From NCBI RefSeq assembly GCF_000092105.1, contig NC_014148.1, positions 1,800,001-1,832,000 on the forward strand: DNA of 32,000 nt, written 5' to 3'. Made by a program: the position numbers and the translations under genes. The DNA is from Planctopirus limnophila DSM 3776. GTDB taxonomy: Bacteria; Planctomycetota; Planctomycetia; Planctomycetales; Planctomycetaceae. Each line of letters starts with the position of its first letter. Within the stretch, counting starts at the first letter, position 1. The notes under the pieces were generated by a model. It was given only the letters and a program-made list of their open reading frames with translations. It searched no databases and was not told the DNA's origin. Below, in pieces: positions 7,645 through 17,700 of the stretch.

Positions 7645-10446
7645 ATGTTCGGTTTTGATGCCTACAGTTTCGCAATCGCTGGTCTGGTCGCTGCTGCGTC
7701 GCCATTGCTGATTCATTTGTTCAATCGCCGTCGATTTCGACAGGTCGAGTGGGCAGCTATGGATTTTCTCCGCAAGGCGATCGAGCGGCAGAAAAGAATT
7801 CTGCATTTACGAGACTGGCTGCTGCTGATTCTGCGGATGAGTGCCTTGATCTGCCTCGGTCTTGCTTTGGCCAGGCCCTGGATATCTGGCGGTTCTGCCT
7901 GGATGACGAGTTTATTCGTTGTGGCTGGTCTCGTTGGGATGGCAGGCATGGCCGCCATGGCGATCAATCAGGGATTCAAGGCCCGCGCCATTGCTGCCAC
8001 CGTCAGTTTGTTTTCGTTGGTCGCAATCTGCGGGTTATGGTGGAGCCTGGGAGCCGGGAACACAGGGGGCGCTGGTCTCGCCAGCTCACTGAATCCTGTG
8101 CATGCCATCCTGATACTCGATAACAGTCGGAGTATGGGAGCGGGTGTCATCAGTGGAACACGCTGGGATGCTGCCCGAAAATCGTCATTGGAGTTTTTGA
8201 GCAGTTTACCACCCGGAAGCCGTGCGACAGTCCTGCCACTAGCGGGAAGCTCTGACTCCTGGCCGACAGATCCTTTTCGCTCGATGGATGATGCCCGGCA
8301 GGCGATTGAGCAGATTCGAGTGGCCGATACGATTGGCTCACCACGTTTAGCTGCCGAACTCGCCTTAGAAGCGAGTCGAACTTCAACGGATCTGCCCGTC
8401 AAGCGGGTGGTGATCTTTTCCGATCTGCAAGGGGCTCTCTGGAAAGATGCTTCACTCAAGGAGCGTTTTGAAGAGTTAGCTGATGTGCAGATTGTTCCCT
8501 GTGGAACTGCCGATTCTGGAAATGTGCATATTTCCAGCCTGGCGGTTGAAGATGGCTTGATCAGTGTCGAGACACCGGCCCGGATCATCGCTCGAATTGA
8601 AGCGGGTGCCGATCAAACTCCCACAACGGTGTATGCCCGCTTGCTAGCCGACCGGACTGAGGTTGCCAATCAGGTCATTCCTCTATTGCCCAATCAGCAA
8701 TACGAGGCTGAATTCTTCTGGAGTTACGATGGCCAGGTCGATCCAGAGCGTCCGCAATGGGTCGAATTAACACTGGAAATCTCTTCCGAAACTCCTGAAG
8801 CCGATCTACTCCTGGCAGACAATCGTCGTACGATTCTGGCTCCCGTGCTGACAGCCGTCCCGATTGTGTTTGTCGATCAATGGGGTGAACAGGCCAATGC
8901 GGCCAAAGGACAAATTGGCGAGACCGAGGCTTTACAGCATCTGCTGGCCCCCAGGTCAACTTCGGAGTTTGCACATCGTCCACTTTATCAGGTCATCCGC
9001 CGGCGTATCGATGAGCTTGATCAGGAAACTCTCGCTCAGGCTCGTTGTGTCGTGATCGCCGGGATTGAACGACCCGGTGTCGCAACACAATTACTGCTCG
9101 AATATGTCCGCCAGGGTGGCCCTCTTTTGATTTGTGCCGGCGGTGAATTCGATCCCCGTGGCTGGATGGAGGATGCCTGGCTGGATGGTGAAGGTCTGTT
9201 GCCCCTCCCTCTGGAAACTGAGTTTCTTGGAACGACGCCTGAAGAATCACCCAGCCAGCTCTCGCCATTTGCAATCACCTCAGAATCATTGAACAGCGAG
9301 TTGTTTCAGGTTGAGGGCGAAGACCCTCAAGCCATCAAATCGCTCTTTGAATCGGTTCTGTTTTTTAAAGCCGTTAAGGCCAATGCCAGTCAAGAGTCGA
9401 TCGATGCCATCCTGCAGTCTGTCCAACAGCGATTGGCGTTCAAGGCCGGCCTTGGGAGTGGATCATCCGCCGATCAGCAGTCTCGCTTGCCTGCTGCGCA
9501 AACTGTGAACTGGTGGAACTGGAGAGCACCCATCACTCCACTTCGCCAGGAGCTTCAGCAGCTGGCGGAGTTAAAACGGACGGAACACGATCAATTCCAG
9601 CAGAAGTCGACGGATCTGACACAACCGTCCGAACCACAATCTCGCAACCTGTTGGCATCACCTCAGCAATTTAAAACACAAATCGATGAGCGGCTTTCTC
9701 AGTTGGCTCGGCGGGAAACGCCTCAGGTTCTCGCCAGGTACTCAACGGATAACTTGCCTTTTCTCATTGAGCGGCAAGTCGAAGATGGGCGCGTCCTCTT
9801 TTGCACCAGCGGCATTACCAGCGACTGGAACCTCATACGCCTCTCACCAGCGATGTTCATGTATCATCGACTGCTCACACAGATGGCGTCTCAATCCTTG
9901 CCACAAAGAAACTTTGAAGCTGGCTCACGCATCCAGTGGTTAGCTCCCACGACCAGCGATTCTCTGCTTCTCAAACGGCCCGAAGGATCTGTCAATGTCG
10001 TCTCCGTGGAAGCCTTGAGTTCCGATGTCTATGGCTACATCGTTCGACGGCCAGTCATGTCGGGGCTCTATGAATTTCAGTCACAAGGAAGTGATGCTTC
10101 TGCAAATCCTGCTCGTGATGAGAGCACTCCTGGCGATGATTCTCAAACGGGTAATCAATCGACCGCATCCGGGACTGAAAAGCGTGCCATTTATTCTGTC
10201 GCTGTCAGTGCCCCTGCGATCGAATCCAGTCTCGAAACCTTACCTACAGATGAACTTGCTGAGCTGGTTTCATCAACACATGTCCGTGTTCTTGCCGCAG
10301 GTGAAAAACCTTTGCTGACTGGTGGCAGCAATCGTGGCCAGAGCTTATGGCAACTGGCGATTGGATTGATGATCGCGTCTTTGCTCCTCGAAATGTTTGT
10401 TGCTTCGCGGCGAACGTTCTCCGGCAGGAAAGGAGCACAGCCATGA
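7645..10446 (+). CDS. BatA-N-terminal-domain / VWA-domain membrane protein (933 aa)
   Basis: From the ATG at 7645 the protein begins MFGFDAYSFAIAGLVAAASPLLIHLFNRRRFRQVEWAAMDFL. This is the aerotolerance-regulator (BatA) N-terminal signature, and further TM helices follow. The VWA MIDAS motif DNSRS lies at 8119-8133. A later GGPLLICAGGEFD module looks GATase1-like. There is a C-terminal TM helix (LWQLAIGLMIASLLLEMFVA). The track start at 7405 overlaps the upstream gene and is rejected. Confidence 0.85.
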   Translation: MFGFDAYSFAIAGLVAAASPLLIHLFNRRRFRQVEWAAMDFLRKAIERQKRILHLRDWLLLILRMSALICLGLALARPWISGGSAWMTSLFVVAGLVGMAGMAAMAINQGFKARAIAATVSLFSLVAICGLWWSLGAGNTGGAGLASSLNPVHAILILDNSRSMGAGVISGTRWDAARKSSLEFLSSLPPGSRATVLPLAGSSDSWPTDPFRSMDDARQAIEQIRVADTIGSPRLAAELALEASRTSTDLPVKRVVIFSDLQGALWKDASLKERFEELADVQIVPCGTADSGNVHISSLAVEDGLISVETPARIIARIEAGADQTPTTVYARLLADRTEVANQVIPLLPNQQYEAEFFWSYDGQVDPERPQWVELTLEISSETPEADLLLADNRRTILAPVLTAVPIVFVDQWGEQANAAKGQIGETEALQHLLAPRSTSEFAHRPLYQVIRRRIDELDQETLAQARCVVIAGIERPGVATQLLLEYVRQGGPLLICAGGEFDPRGWMEDAWLDGEGLLPLPLETEFLGTTPEESPSQLSPFAITSESLNSELFQVEGEDPQAIKSLFESVLFFKAVKANASQESIDAILQSVQQRLAFKAGLGSGSSADQQSRLPAAQTVNWWNWRAPITPLRQELQQLAELKRTEHDQFQQKSTDLTQPSEPQSRNLLASPQQFKTQIDERLSQLARRETPQVLARYSTDNLPFLIERQVEDGRVLFCTSGITSDWNLIRLSPAMFMYHRLLTQMASQSLPQRNFEAGSRIQWLAPTTSDSLLLKRPEGSVNVVSVEALSSDVYGYIVRRPVMSGLYEFQSQGSDASANPARDESTPGDDSQTGNQSTASGTEKRAIYSVAVSAPAIESSLETLPTDELAELVSSTHVRVLAAGEKPLLTGGSNRGQSLWQLAIGLMIASLLLEMFVASRRTFSGRKGAQP

Positions 10447-12932
10447 TGAAGTGGTTGGGACAGCTTCTGGGGATCGATAATCTGAACGAACTTTCCGGCG
10501 GAAGGATCTCTTTCGCAGCTCCCTGGGTGCAGGACAATGGCTGGCTGCTCATGGTCCTGCTGGCTGCCGTTGCCATGCTGAGTGGTCTCTATTATCTCTG
10601 TTTTCAGGGTGGGCAGTGGTCGAAAACCAGAGGTTTATTGGCAGCGTTTCGTGCTCTCGTCCTGGCATTGCTGGTGCTCATTCTTGCAGAGCCGATTTTA
10701 GAACTGAAGTTTATCAGTTACCCCAAACCATGGCTCTGGGTGCTGCTGGATGGCAGTGAAAGCATGGAAATTGCTGACGAAAATGAGGTGGAACCAGATC
10801 CTTCCGTCAACCAAGCCTCAGGCGCCGGTGACGCCTCTCCCTCTTCGCCTCAGCCACTATTATCTCGATCTGAACGAGTCCGCCAGGCCTTGGAGAAGGA
10901 TGGAGGAAAGGCTGTTCAGGAACTGGCTGAGAAGTTTCGTATTCGACTCTTTTCCATGGTCGATCAACAGGGTGTTCGTGTCCTGTCTGCGGAAAAGAAA
11001 GACTCAACTCCCGTCCAGAACTCCATGGCTCTCGCTGGCCTTCTGGGTTCAGGCGAAAGCGACGAACAGGACTCTGTCAACCACCTCTTGAATTCACTCA
11101 AGTTGTGGGAAACCAAAGGCGAGGTTTCTGCTCATGGAGCAGCGATTGACGATCTGGCGAGGAGATATTCGACCGATCATCTGGCGGGGCTGGTCGTCGT
11201 CAGTGACTTTGATCAGAACTCTGGCCCGAATGCCGTTTCCAGTGCCAGACGGCTCAATGTTCCTGTCTATGCCGTGGGTGTCGGGCCAACTTCAGCGAGA
11301 GATCTTTCTGTCGATTTGCTCGTTCCTCCGACGATGAAAAAGGCAGAAACGTCGACGGTCGTTGTGACAGTCAGGCAACGCGAAAACCAGGGTGAAACGG
11401 TTCAAGTGAAGTTGAGTGTGCAGCCTGCCAGTGGCGAAACTCCTCCGAGTTTGATCGGGTCACAACAGATTCGCCTTTCTTCGGCGAGTCTCCCCGTGGA
11501 GTTTCCTTACTTGCCCGATCAGGCGGGACGAATGGTCTTCGTTGCAGAAGTCGAGGCAATCCCTGGTGAAACTGTTGTCGAAAACAATCGAGTCACGAAA
11601 GACGTCAACGTTATCGATGATTTCCTTAGACTGCTGTTTGTCGAGTATGAACCCACGTGGGAGTGGCGGTTTATCAAGGAGGTCTTCCATCGAGACCGTC
11701 TCGTGGGGATGCGGGGATTTCGTACTTATCTTCGCTCGGCTGATCCTGTCGTTCGCGAGACCAATGATCTCTTTCTTCCTTCGCTCACTCTTCCTCGAAA
11801 TGAGTTCTTTCAAACGGATGTGATTTTTCTCGGTGATATGCCGGCAGCCTCGCTGACCAGTCGCTTCTGCGAATTGACACGAGAATTTGTAGGTCAATTT
11901 GGAGGTGGTCTGGTCGTGATGGCCGGGCCTCGCTTTGGTCCGGGCGAACTGGCTCAAACACCCTTGGCCGACATGCTCCCCGTGGTCGTCGATCCCGATG
12001 GCCGTCTCGATGATCGCGAGGAGTTCGCGATGAAACTGACACCACTGGCCAGTCAGTTCGACTTCATGCGATTAGGACAAACGGCCGAAGAAGATCGCCG
12101 GGCGTGGGCAAATCTGGGAAAAGTGCCCTGGTATCAGCCTGTTCTGAGAGTCGAACCACGCTCGACAACGGTTTTGGCAGAACACCCCACGGCCCTGTGT
12201 GCGGATGGAAAGACCCATCAGCCTTTAATCGCTATTCGCAAATATGGCCGGGGCGAAGTGATTTACATTGCCCATAACGAAATGTGGCGGCTGCGCCGTC
12301 TCTATGGTGAGTCTTATTACCGCCAATTCTGGGGACAGCTCATTCACCGTTTAGGGCTGAGTCATGCTGTCGGTAACCAGAAACGATTCGTCGTGCGGAC
12401 AGATAAATCCCGTTATCGCGCCGATGAAAAGATTGTTGTGACTGTCGAAGCCTACGATCAGAACTTCAATCCTCTTGGGGCAGATCAGATCCCTGATGGT
12501 CGATTGAGTTCCGAGTTGAGTAATCTGGAAACGCCCGGGCTGGAGCCTCAGCAGCTATTGATCCCAGCCTTGAAGCCAGGTGTCTTTGAAACGAGGCTGC
12601 AGGTCACACAAGGGGGAGAACATCAGTTAACGATCTTCGATCCCATTGAAAAACAATCAGTTTCGACCTCATTTCATGTGGCTTCTTCATCTGCCGAAAG
12701 ACGTTCAGCCGTCAGGAACAGCGCACTCCAGATCTCTCTGGCGACAGAAACCGGTGGCAAAGCCTGCGAATTGAATGAACTCGATCAGCTGGCTCAAGAA
12801 ATCAGAGCGCCGCAATTCCAGGCTCAACAGGTTGTGATTCTTCCGATCTGGGCTACCTGGCTTTGCCTTGGCTTGATTGTCACGTTACTCAGCCTCGAAT
12901 GGGCCATTAGAAAAGGAGTGAACCTGCCATGA
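10443..12932 (+). CDS. VWA-like membrane protein (829 aa), same architecture class as the preceding gene (BatB-like)
   Basis: The ATG at 10443 overlaps the upstream TGA (ATGA), and AGGAG lies 7 nt upstream (10431-10435). N-terminal TM helices are present (WLLMVLLAAVAMLSGLYYLCF, LVLALLVLILAEPIL). The MIDAS-like motif DGSES lies at 10749-10763. A later GGGLVVMAGPRFG module is seen, and there is a C-terminal TM helix (ILPIWATWLCLGLIVTLLSL). Confidence 0.8.
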   Translation: MMKWLGQLLGIDNLNELSGGRISFAAPWVQDNGWLLMVLLAAVAMLSGLYYLCFQGGQWSKTRGLLAAFRALVLALLVLILAEPILELKFISYPKPWLWVLLDGSESMEIADENEVEPDPSVNQASGAGDASPSSPQPLLSRSERVRQALEKDGGKAVQELAEKFRIRLFSMVDQQGVRVLSAEKKDSTPVQNSMALAGLLGSGESDEQDSVNHLLNSLKLWETKGEVSAHGAAIDDLARRYSTDHLAGLVVVSDFDQNSGPNAVSSARRLNVPVYAVGVGPTSARDLSVDLLVPPTMKKAETSTVVVTVRQRENQGETVQVKLSVQPASGETPPSLIGSQQIRLSSASLPVEFPYLPDQAGRMVFVAEVEAIPGETVVENNRVTKDVNVIDDFLRLLFVEYEPTWEWRFIKEVFHRDRLVGMRGFRTYLRSADPVVRETNDLFLPSLTLPRNEFFQTDVIFLGDMPAASLTSRFCELTREFVGQFGGGLVVMAGPRFGPGELAQTPLADMLPVVVDPDGRLDDREEFAMKLTPLASQFDFMRLGQTAEEDRRAWANLGKVPWYQPVLRVEPRSTTVLAEHPTALCADGKTHQPLIAIRKYGRGEVIYIAHNEMWRLRRLYGESYYRQFWGQLIHRLGLSHAVGNQKRFVVRTDKSRYRADEKIVVTVEAYDQNFNPLGADQIPDGRLSSELSNLETPGLEPQQLLIPALKPGVFETRLQVTQGGEHQLTIFDPIEKQSVSTSFHVASSSAERRSAVRNSALQISLATETGGKACELNELDQLAQEIRAPQFQAQQVVILPIWATWLCLGLIVTLLSLEWAIRKGVNLP

Positions 12933-14764
12933 GTTCAACTCCCTTTCCCCATCCCGGCGACGATTCGATCCTCGAATTGAATCCGTCGATGTCCGTCAGA
13001 AATTCTGCAACACCACTTAGTTTGCTGACGAACGAACTCCGTCGTTTGCAGAGCCGGAAGTGGCTTCGCAGCGGTCTGCGCTCCACGTTATATCTCGTCA
13101 CTTTGGCAGGAGTGGTGGGCCTGCTTCTCTTTGCTGTGGATTATTCCTTCCGCTTGTCGTTGGTTGCCAGACTTGTCTCAGGTCTGGTGGTGGCCACACT
13201 TCTTCTTACGCTGATGATTCGCTACGTCATTCCTGCGTGGAGGAACTGGGAAGATCTCGAATCTCTGGCATTGCAGGTGGAAAAGCAGCACGAGATCGAA
13301 AGTGATCTGGTCGCTGCTCTGCAATTTGCTAACCCCACTCAGCGGCGTTATGGCTCACGAGAACTGGCGCGAGCTGTCGTCGAGTATGTCGATGAGTTTA
13401 CTCCTTCACTGAATGTCTTTGACGGATTTTCGTGGCAACCTCTTCGAAACAGTTTATTGGCAACTGTATGTGGACTCCTGATCTGGAGCGGACTGGCAGT
13501 CTTCGCTCCTCAGGCAACGAGAGTCTTTTTCAGTCGTCTCCTGTTAAGTCATGAGAGCTATCCGACTCGCACACAGATCGAATGGATTCGCGTTAATGGG
13601 AAAACGGCTGATCAACAAGGCCTCTTCCGTATTGTGGAAGGGGAACCACTTGCCATCGAAGTGCAGACTTCCGGTGAAGATCCGCATATCGCTAGCTGGG
13701 AGATGCAGGCTGCTCCTGGTGAATCCCTGATCGTTGAACTCAAAGCGGATGGTCTGAAGAATCACCAGCCTGCTGATGCCAAGGCTTCCCTAAGCCAAAG
13801 TGCTGATCATAAGCTGAAATCTTATGGCGCCGTCATTCCTGAACTTCGACAATCGGTTCGAGGGATCGTTCGTGCCGGAGATGCCCAGAGCCAGCCATTG
13901 ATAATCGACTTGATCATGCGCCCCGTCGTCGAGGTTTCGGTTCTTGTCGAACAACCAGAATATACCCGTCTCAGAGAAGGCAATCGTCCACCAGCGCGAG
14001 GGCAGCTGCAGGTTTCTGTCCTCGAAGGCTCAAAAGTGGCACTCGACATTTCTTCAGTTAAGGCCTTACGCAAAGTGACGATGACGATCAATGGGCAACC
14101 TTTTGATCTTTCACCCGTCGATAAGAACTCTTCGAAAGTCACCTCACAGTCTCAGGTGTCGAGTTCCTCAAGTTCACTACCAACAGGGTTTACGCACTGG
14201 ATGACAGATCCGGGTTCACCCCTGGATACTCTGAAAGAAAATCTGACCTTTCAGCTGGATGTCGAAGATCTTGATGGTTTGAAACTGGCCGAACCTGTGA
14301 CGGGAATGCTGCGGATCAAACTCGATAAACCACCGCGTGTCGCTGCAGTGGCGATCAGCAAGCTGATTCTTCCGCAGGCGTCTCCCGTCATCACCTGGGG
14401 GGCGACTGATGATTACGCTCTCAAAACTGTCTCACTTCACGTGACGGCCACCACGGAATCTGGTCAACAACGCGCGATCAAACAGCCTGTCCTTCTGAAA
14501 GATCAGAGTTCTTTGCAAAGAGGGCAGACCGCTCTCGATCTCAGTAGCCTCGGACTGGCCAAAGGTGACGAAGTGCGTGTTATCGTCGAAGCTGAAGACG
14601 AGCGGGGAAATCTCCCTTCACAGGTTGGACGCAGTGAGCCACTTACATTTCAGGTCACTGATCAAAGTGGCATTCTCGCCGGATTACTCGAAACCGATCA
14701 GCAGTCAGCCAGACAACTCGATGCCATTATCCAGCGCGAACTGGGAATTGGAGGTACCAAGTGA
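12929..14764 (+). CDS. Membrane protein, 611 aa: two N-terminal TM helices plus a beta-rich ectodomain (DUF4175-like N-terminal module, tentative)
   Basis: The ATG at 12929 overlaps the upstream TGA (ATGA), and AAGGAG lies 10 nt upstream (12913-12918). TM helices: LYLVTLAGVVGLLLFAV and LVSGLVVATLLLTLMIRYVI. The ectodomain has motifs such as KPPRVAAVAI...WGATDDYALKTVSLHV, which I recall from DUF4175/TIGR02302-type proteins. The CDS call is solid; the family call is from memory only. Confidence 0.7.
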   Translation: MSSTPFPHPGDDSILELNPSMSVRNSATPLSLLTNELRRLQSRKWLRSGLRSTLYLVTLAGVVGLLLFAVDYSFRLSLVARLVSGLVVATLLLTLMIRYVIPAWRNWEDLESLALQVEKQHEIESDLVAALQFANPTQRRYGSRELARAVVEYVDEFTPSLNVFDGFSWQPLRNSLLATVCGLLIWSGLAVFAPQATRVFFSRLLLSHESYPTRTQIEWIRVNGKTADQQGLFRIVEGEPLAIEVQTSGEDPHIASWEMQAAPGESLIVELKADGLKNHQPADAKASLSQSADHKLKSYGAVIPELRQSVRGIVRAGDAQSQPLIIDLIMRPVVEVSVLVEQPEYTRLREGNRPPARGQLQVSVLEGSKVALDISSVKALRKVTMTINGQPFDLSPVDKNSSKVTSQSQVSSSSSSLPTGFTHWMTDPGSPLDTLKENLTFQLDVEDLDGLKLAEPVTGMLRIKLDKPPRVAAVAISKLILPQASPVITWGATDDYALKTVSLHVTATTESGQQRAIKQPVLLKDQSSLQRGQTALDLSSLGLAKGDEVRVIVEAEDERGNLPSQVGRSEPLTFQVTDQSGILAGLLETDQQSARQLDAIIQRELGIGGTK

Positions 14765-17700
14765 ACGAGTCGAAGTCACTGTTCAATCGCGTCTTTGTTC
14801 GTCATGGCTTGAGCCTCTTGCTGGTTGTGGCCAGTAATGGGGTCGTCGCTGACTGGTTTACAGCCCCGGCTCTAGCTGCTCCCCCTTCGATCGACGGCGC
14901 GATGCTGCGGCGAAAGCAGGATGATCAGCAGCGTGCCCGTGCCATGGCACGCGACCTGTTAACCAGCGTCCTGGATGTGCAACTTCGACAACTCGAAGAA
15001 AACGGCCTTACGGAAATTTCGGTCTATCGCGACATCAAGGTGATGCACAGCAACATCGGTAATCTTGTCGATACCGAGATGGCACAGGTCGTTCAGCAAT
15101 TGGCAGACGCTCAGGATCTAAATTCCGAAGAACGGGAAGCCAGCTTTATCGAAGCCCGGCAAACCATTCGCAACATCGTGATCCGTCTCTCGGCCGAGCG
15201 GCAGAATCTTCTTCGCAGGCTCAAATCGGCGGAACTGGCCGAGCAGGTCAAGCGGTTGATCAAACATCAGACCACAGTGCAGGAACAGACCGTTCGTATT
15301 CCTGAAGAATCGAAAACTCTCCAGGAAAGCCTGGCGATTCGTACTCGTGAGGATCAGCGGGATGTGGGTGGTCTTTTTGTGCAACTTGTGGGGACACTTT
15401 CAGATGTCCGCAATTGGGGGGGCACAATTGGCGAGGGCGCAACTGCTGGAATTGCGCTATTGTCAGAAAAGCAGGTGGGCAAACATCTCGATCAGGCCGA
15501 AAAGAGTCTTCGCGATGCAGATTATGAAGTCGCCAGTCATCAGCAGGTTCTGGTCATTGCAGGGCTGCAGGATTTGTTGCGTGTGATCGAACGAACTCAA
15601 GGGCTTCTCGACTCCCGCGAACAACAGACGATTGAAAAAGTCAGAGAGCTGCTGGCAGCCGAAAAGGCTTTGCGGGATCAGGTTGCTCAACTTGATCAAG
15701 GCGAGCCAGTTCCCGAAGAAATCGTCAATCAGCAATCAGCTTTGCAGCAGAAGGTGGCAGCGCTTTCGAGCGAGATCACCGGAACTCGTACGGCCCAGGA
15801 GCACGTCGAAGCAGCTGCACAGGCCGCTTTTGAGGCCACAGCCAAGCTGCTGGAAAATGAGACAAACTCTGCACTCGCTTCGCAGAACTCCGTGATTGGA
15901 CGACTGTCGGCACTTGAAGCCGAATTGACTCGTCAAGCCGCCAGTTCAACGACCGATCAGGCGGCAGCCGAATTGAAAGCCGATGTCGCCCGGCTCGAAC
16001 AGGCCGAGAAGCTGATTTCTGAAGCGGCAACACGAATTGACACAGCCTTGGAAAAGGTCGCGGAAGCTCCTTCTGCAACTCCCGAAAGTGCAGTGGAAGC
16101 AGCAGCCCAGGCGAAAGAAAAAACACAGCAGGCCAAGGAAATCGGTCAGTTACCTGCGAATGTTGATGCCGCCATCGAAATGGCTGCTGAAACCACAGCT
16201 GCAGCCGCCAAACCAGCGGACGAGCTCAACGCCGAAGAACTCACTGAAGCCAAAAGTGCTCTGGAGTTAGCACAGGCGACCATCAAGCGGGAAAAGTCGG
16301 CCGCCGAGAGAAAAGCTTCTGCCCTGGAAATCGGAGAACTCGCCCGCGCTGCCGAGATTCTGGAACGGGCGGCCTCAGAAGAACGGGCTATTGCAGCGAA
16401 AGCACAAGATCTGGCAAAGACTCCTCCAGCTCAGCCAGCGCAGGCTGCAACAGAACTGGCCGAACGAGCGAAAGATGTGGCCGATGTCGCCAAGTTGATT
16501 GAGAAATCAACACAAGAGGCCGATGTCGCTTCCCAAGCGGCACTCATGCAAGCTCAGGCTGCTGCTCAGAAGTCGACTGAGGCATTCGAGGAGGCTAAGA
16601 ATCAAAGCTCCAACGATCCTTCCAGTAAAGAATCACTTGAGAAAGCGGGACAGGCCGCTGAAAACGCTGCACAAGAACTGGCAGAAGCGGCGAACGCCTT
16701 ACGAGATGACGTACAGAAAAAGGCAGAAGCTCTCGCGAAATTGAGTGAACAGGCCGCTGATGAAGCTGCTCAGGTAAAAGCCGCTGCTGAAGAGGTTCTC
16801 GCTCAGGAGATGGAAGCTCGTTCCAATCTTGTTGAGCAGATTGCTCAGGCTCAGGAACTGCTCAGCGATGCCGTTGAAGCTCAGTTGAAGGCCAGTGGTT
16901 CGAAAGAAGCTGCCACAGCCAGTGCCGTCGAACGGGAATTGAATCAACTTTCGCAAGCCATGCAGAAAGCCAGCGAGGCTAATCCCGCGACTAAGGAAAC
17001 TTCCAGATCAGGATCTGAGACTGCTCCCGCTCTCTCCGCGGCAGAGCGCGTCGAACAAGCTGCCAGACAGCAGGAAATTGCTGATCAACTCAAGGCGGCA
17101 GCCAGTCGTGTCGCGAAAGAACTTCCGATGGAAACTGGTCTGCAGGAACAACTCTCTCAGGCTGCTTCCAATGCGGAATCTGCGGCACAGGCCTTGGCAT
17201 CATCGAAAGCGACACAGGCCGCTGAAGCACAGCAGAAAGCCAGCCAACAGATGCAGCAGGCTCAAGAGACCGCTCGTCAGAAGGCACAAGCCTCTCGCGA
17301 TCAGGCAGCTGAAAATCAAGCCGCTAAAAATCCACCAGCGAACACTGGCAACGTTCAGGATCAGCAAGTGGCGAATCGTGCTATTGAGGCTTCGCAAAAG
17401 GCCGTGCAAAAAGCCGCCAATTCAGGCGAAAAAATGAACGCTGCACCCCAGGCGGCATTGCAGGAACTGCAAGAAGCGAAGACTGCTGGAGAGAAAGCCG
17501 CCAGTCAGCTTGAAGAGGGAGATCAAACAACGGCTTCCCAGAATCAGCAGGAAGCCTTAGCTGCACTGCAAGCAGCTCAAAGTTCGTTGAAGCAGGCGCT
17601 CAAACAGGCTATGGCCGAACAGGCCAGTCAACTGGCCAGGACAGCCGATCAGGCGGGTGAACTGGTTGCCAAAGCTGCTGAAATCGATGAAGCGGCTGCA

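Noticed and set aside
10347-10442. The ORF-track start at 10347 for the second VWA membrane protein.
   Set aside because: It overlaps the C-terminal TM helix coding region of the upstream gene. The ATG at 10443 has an AGGAG SD at the correct spacing and forms an ATGA stop-start overlap.
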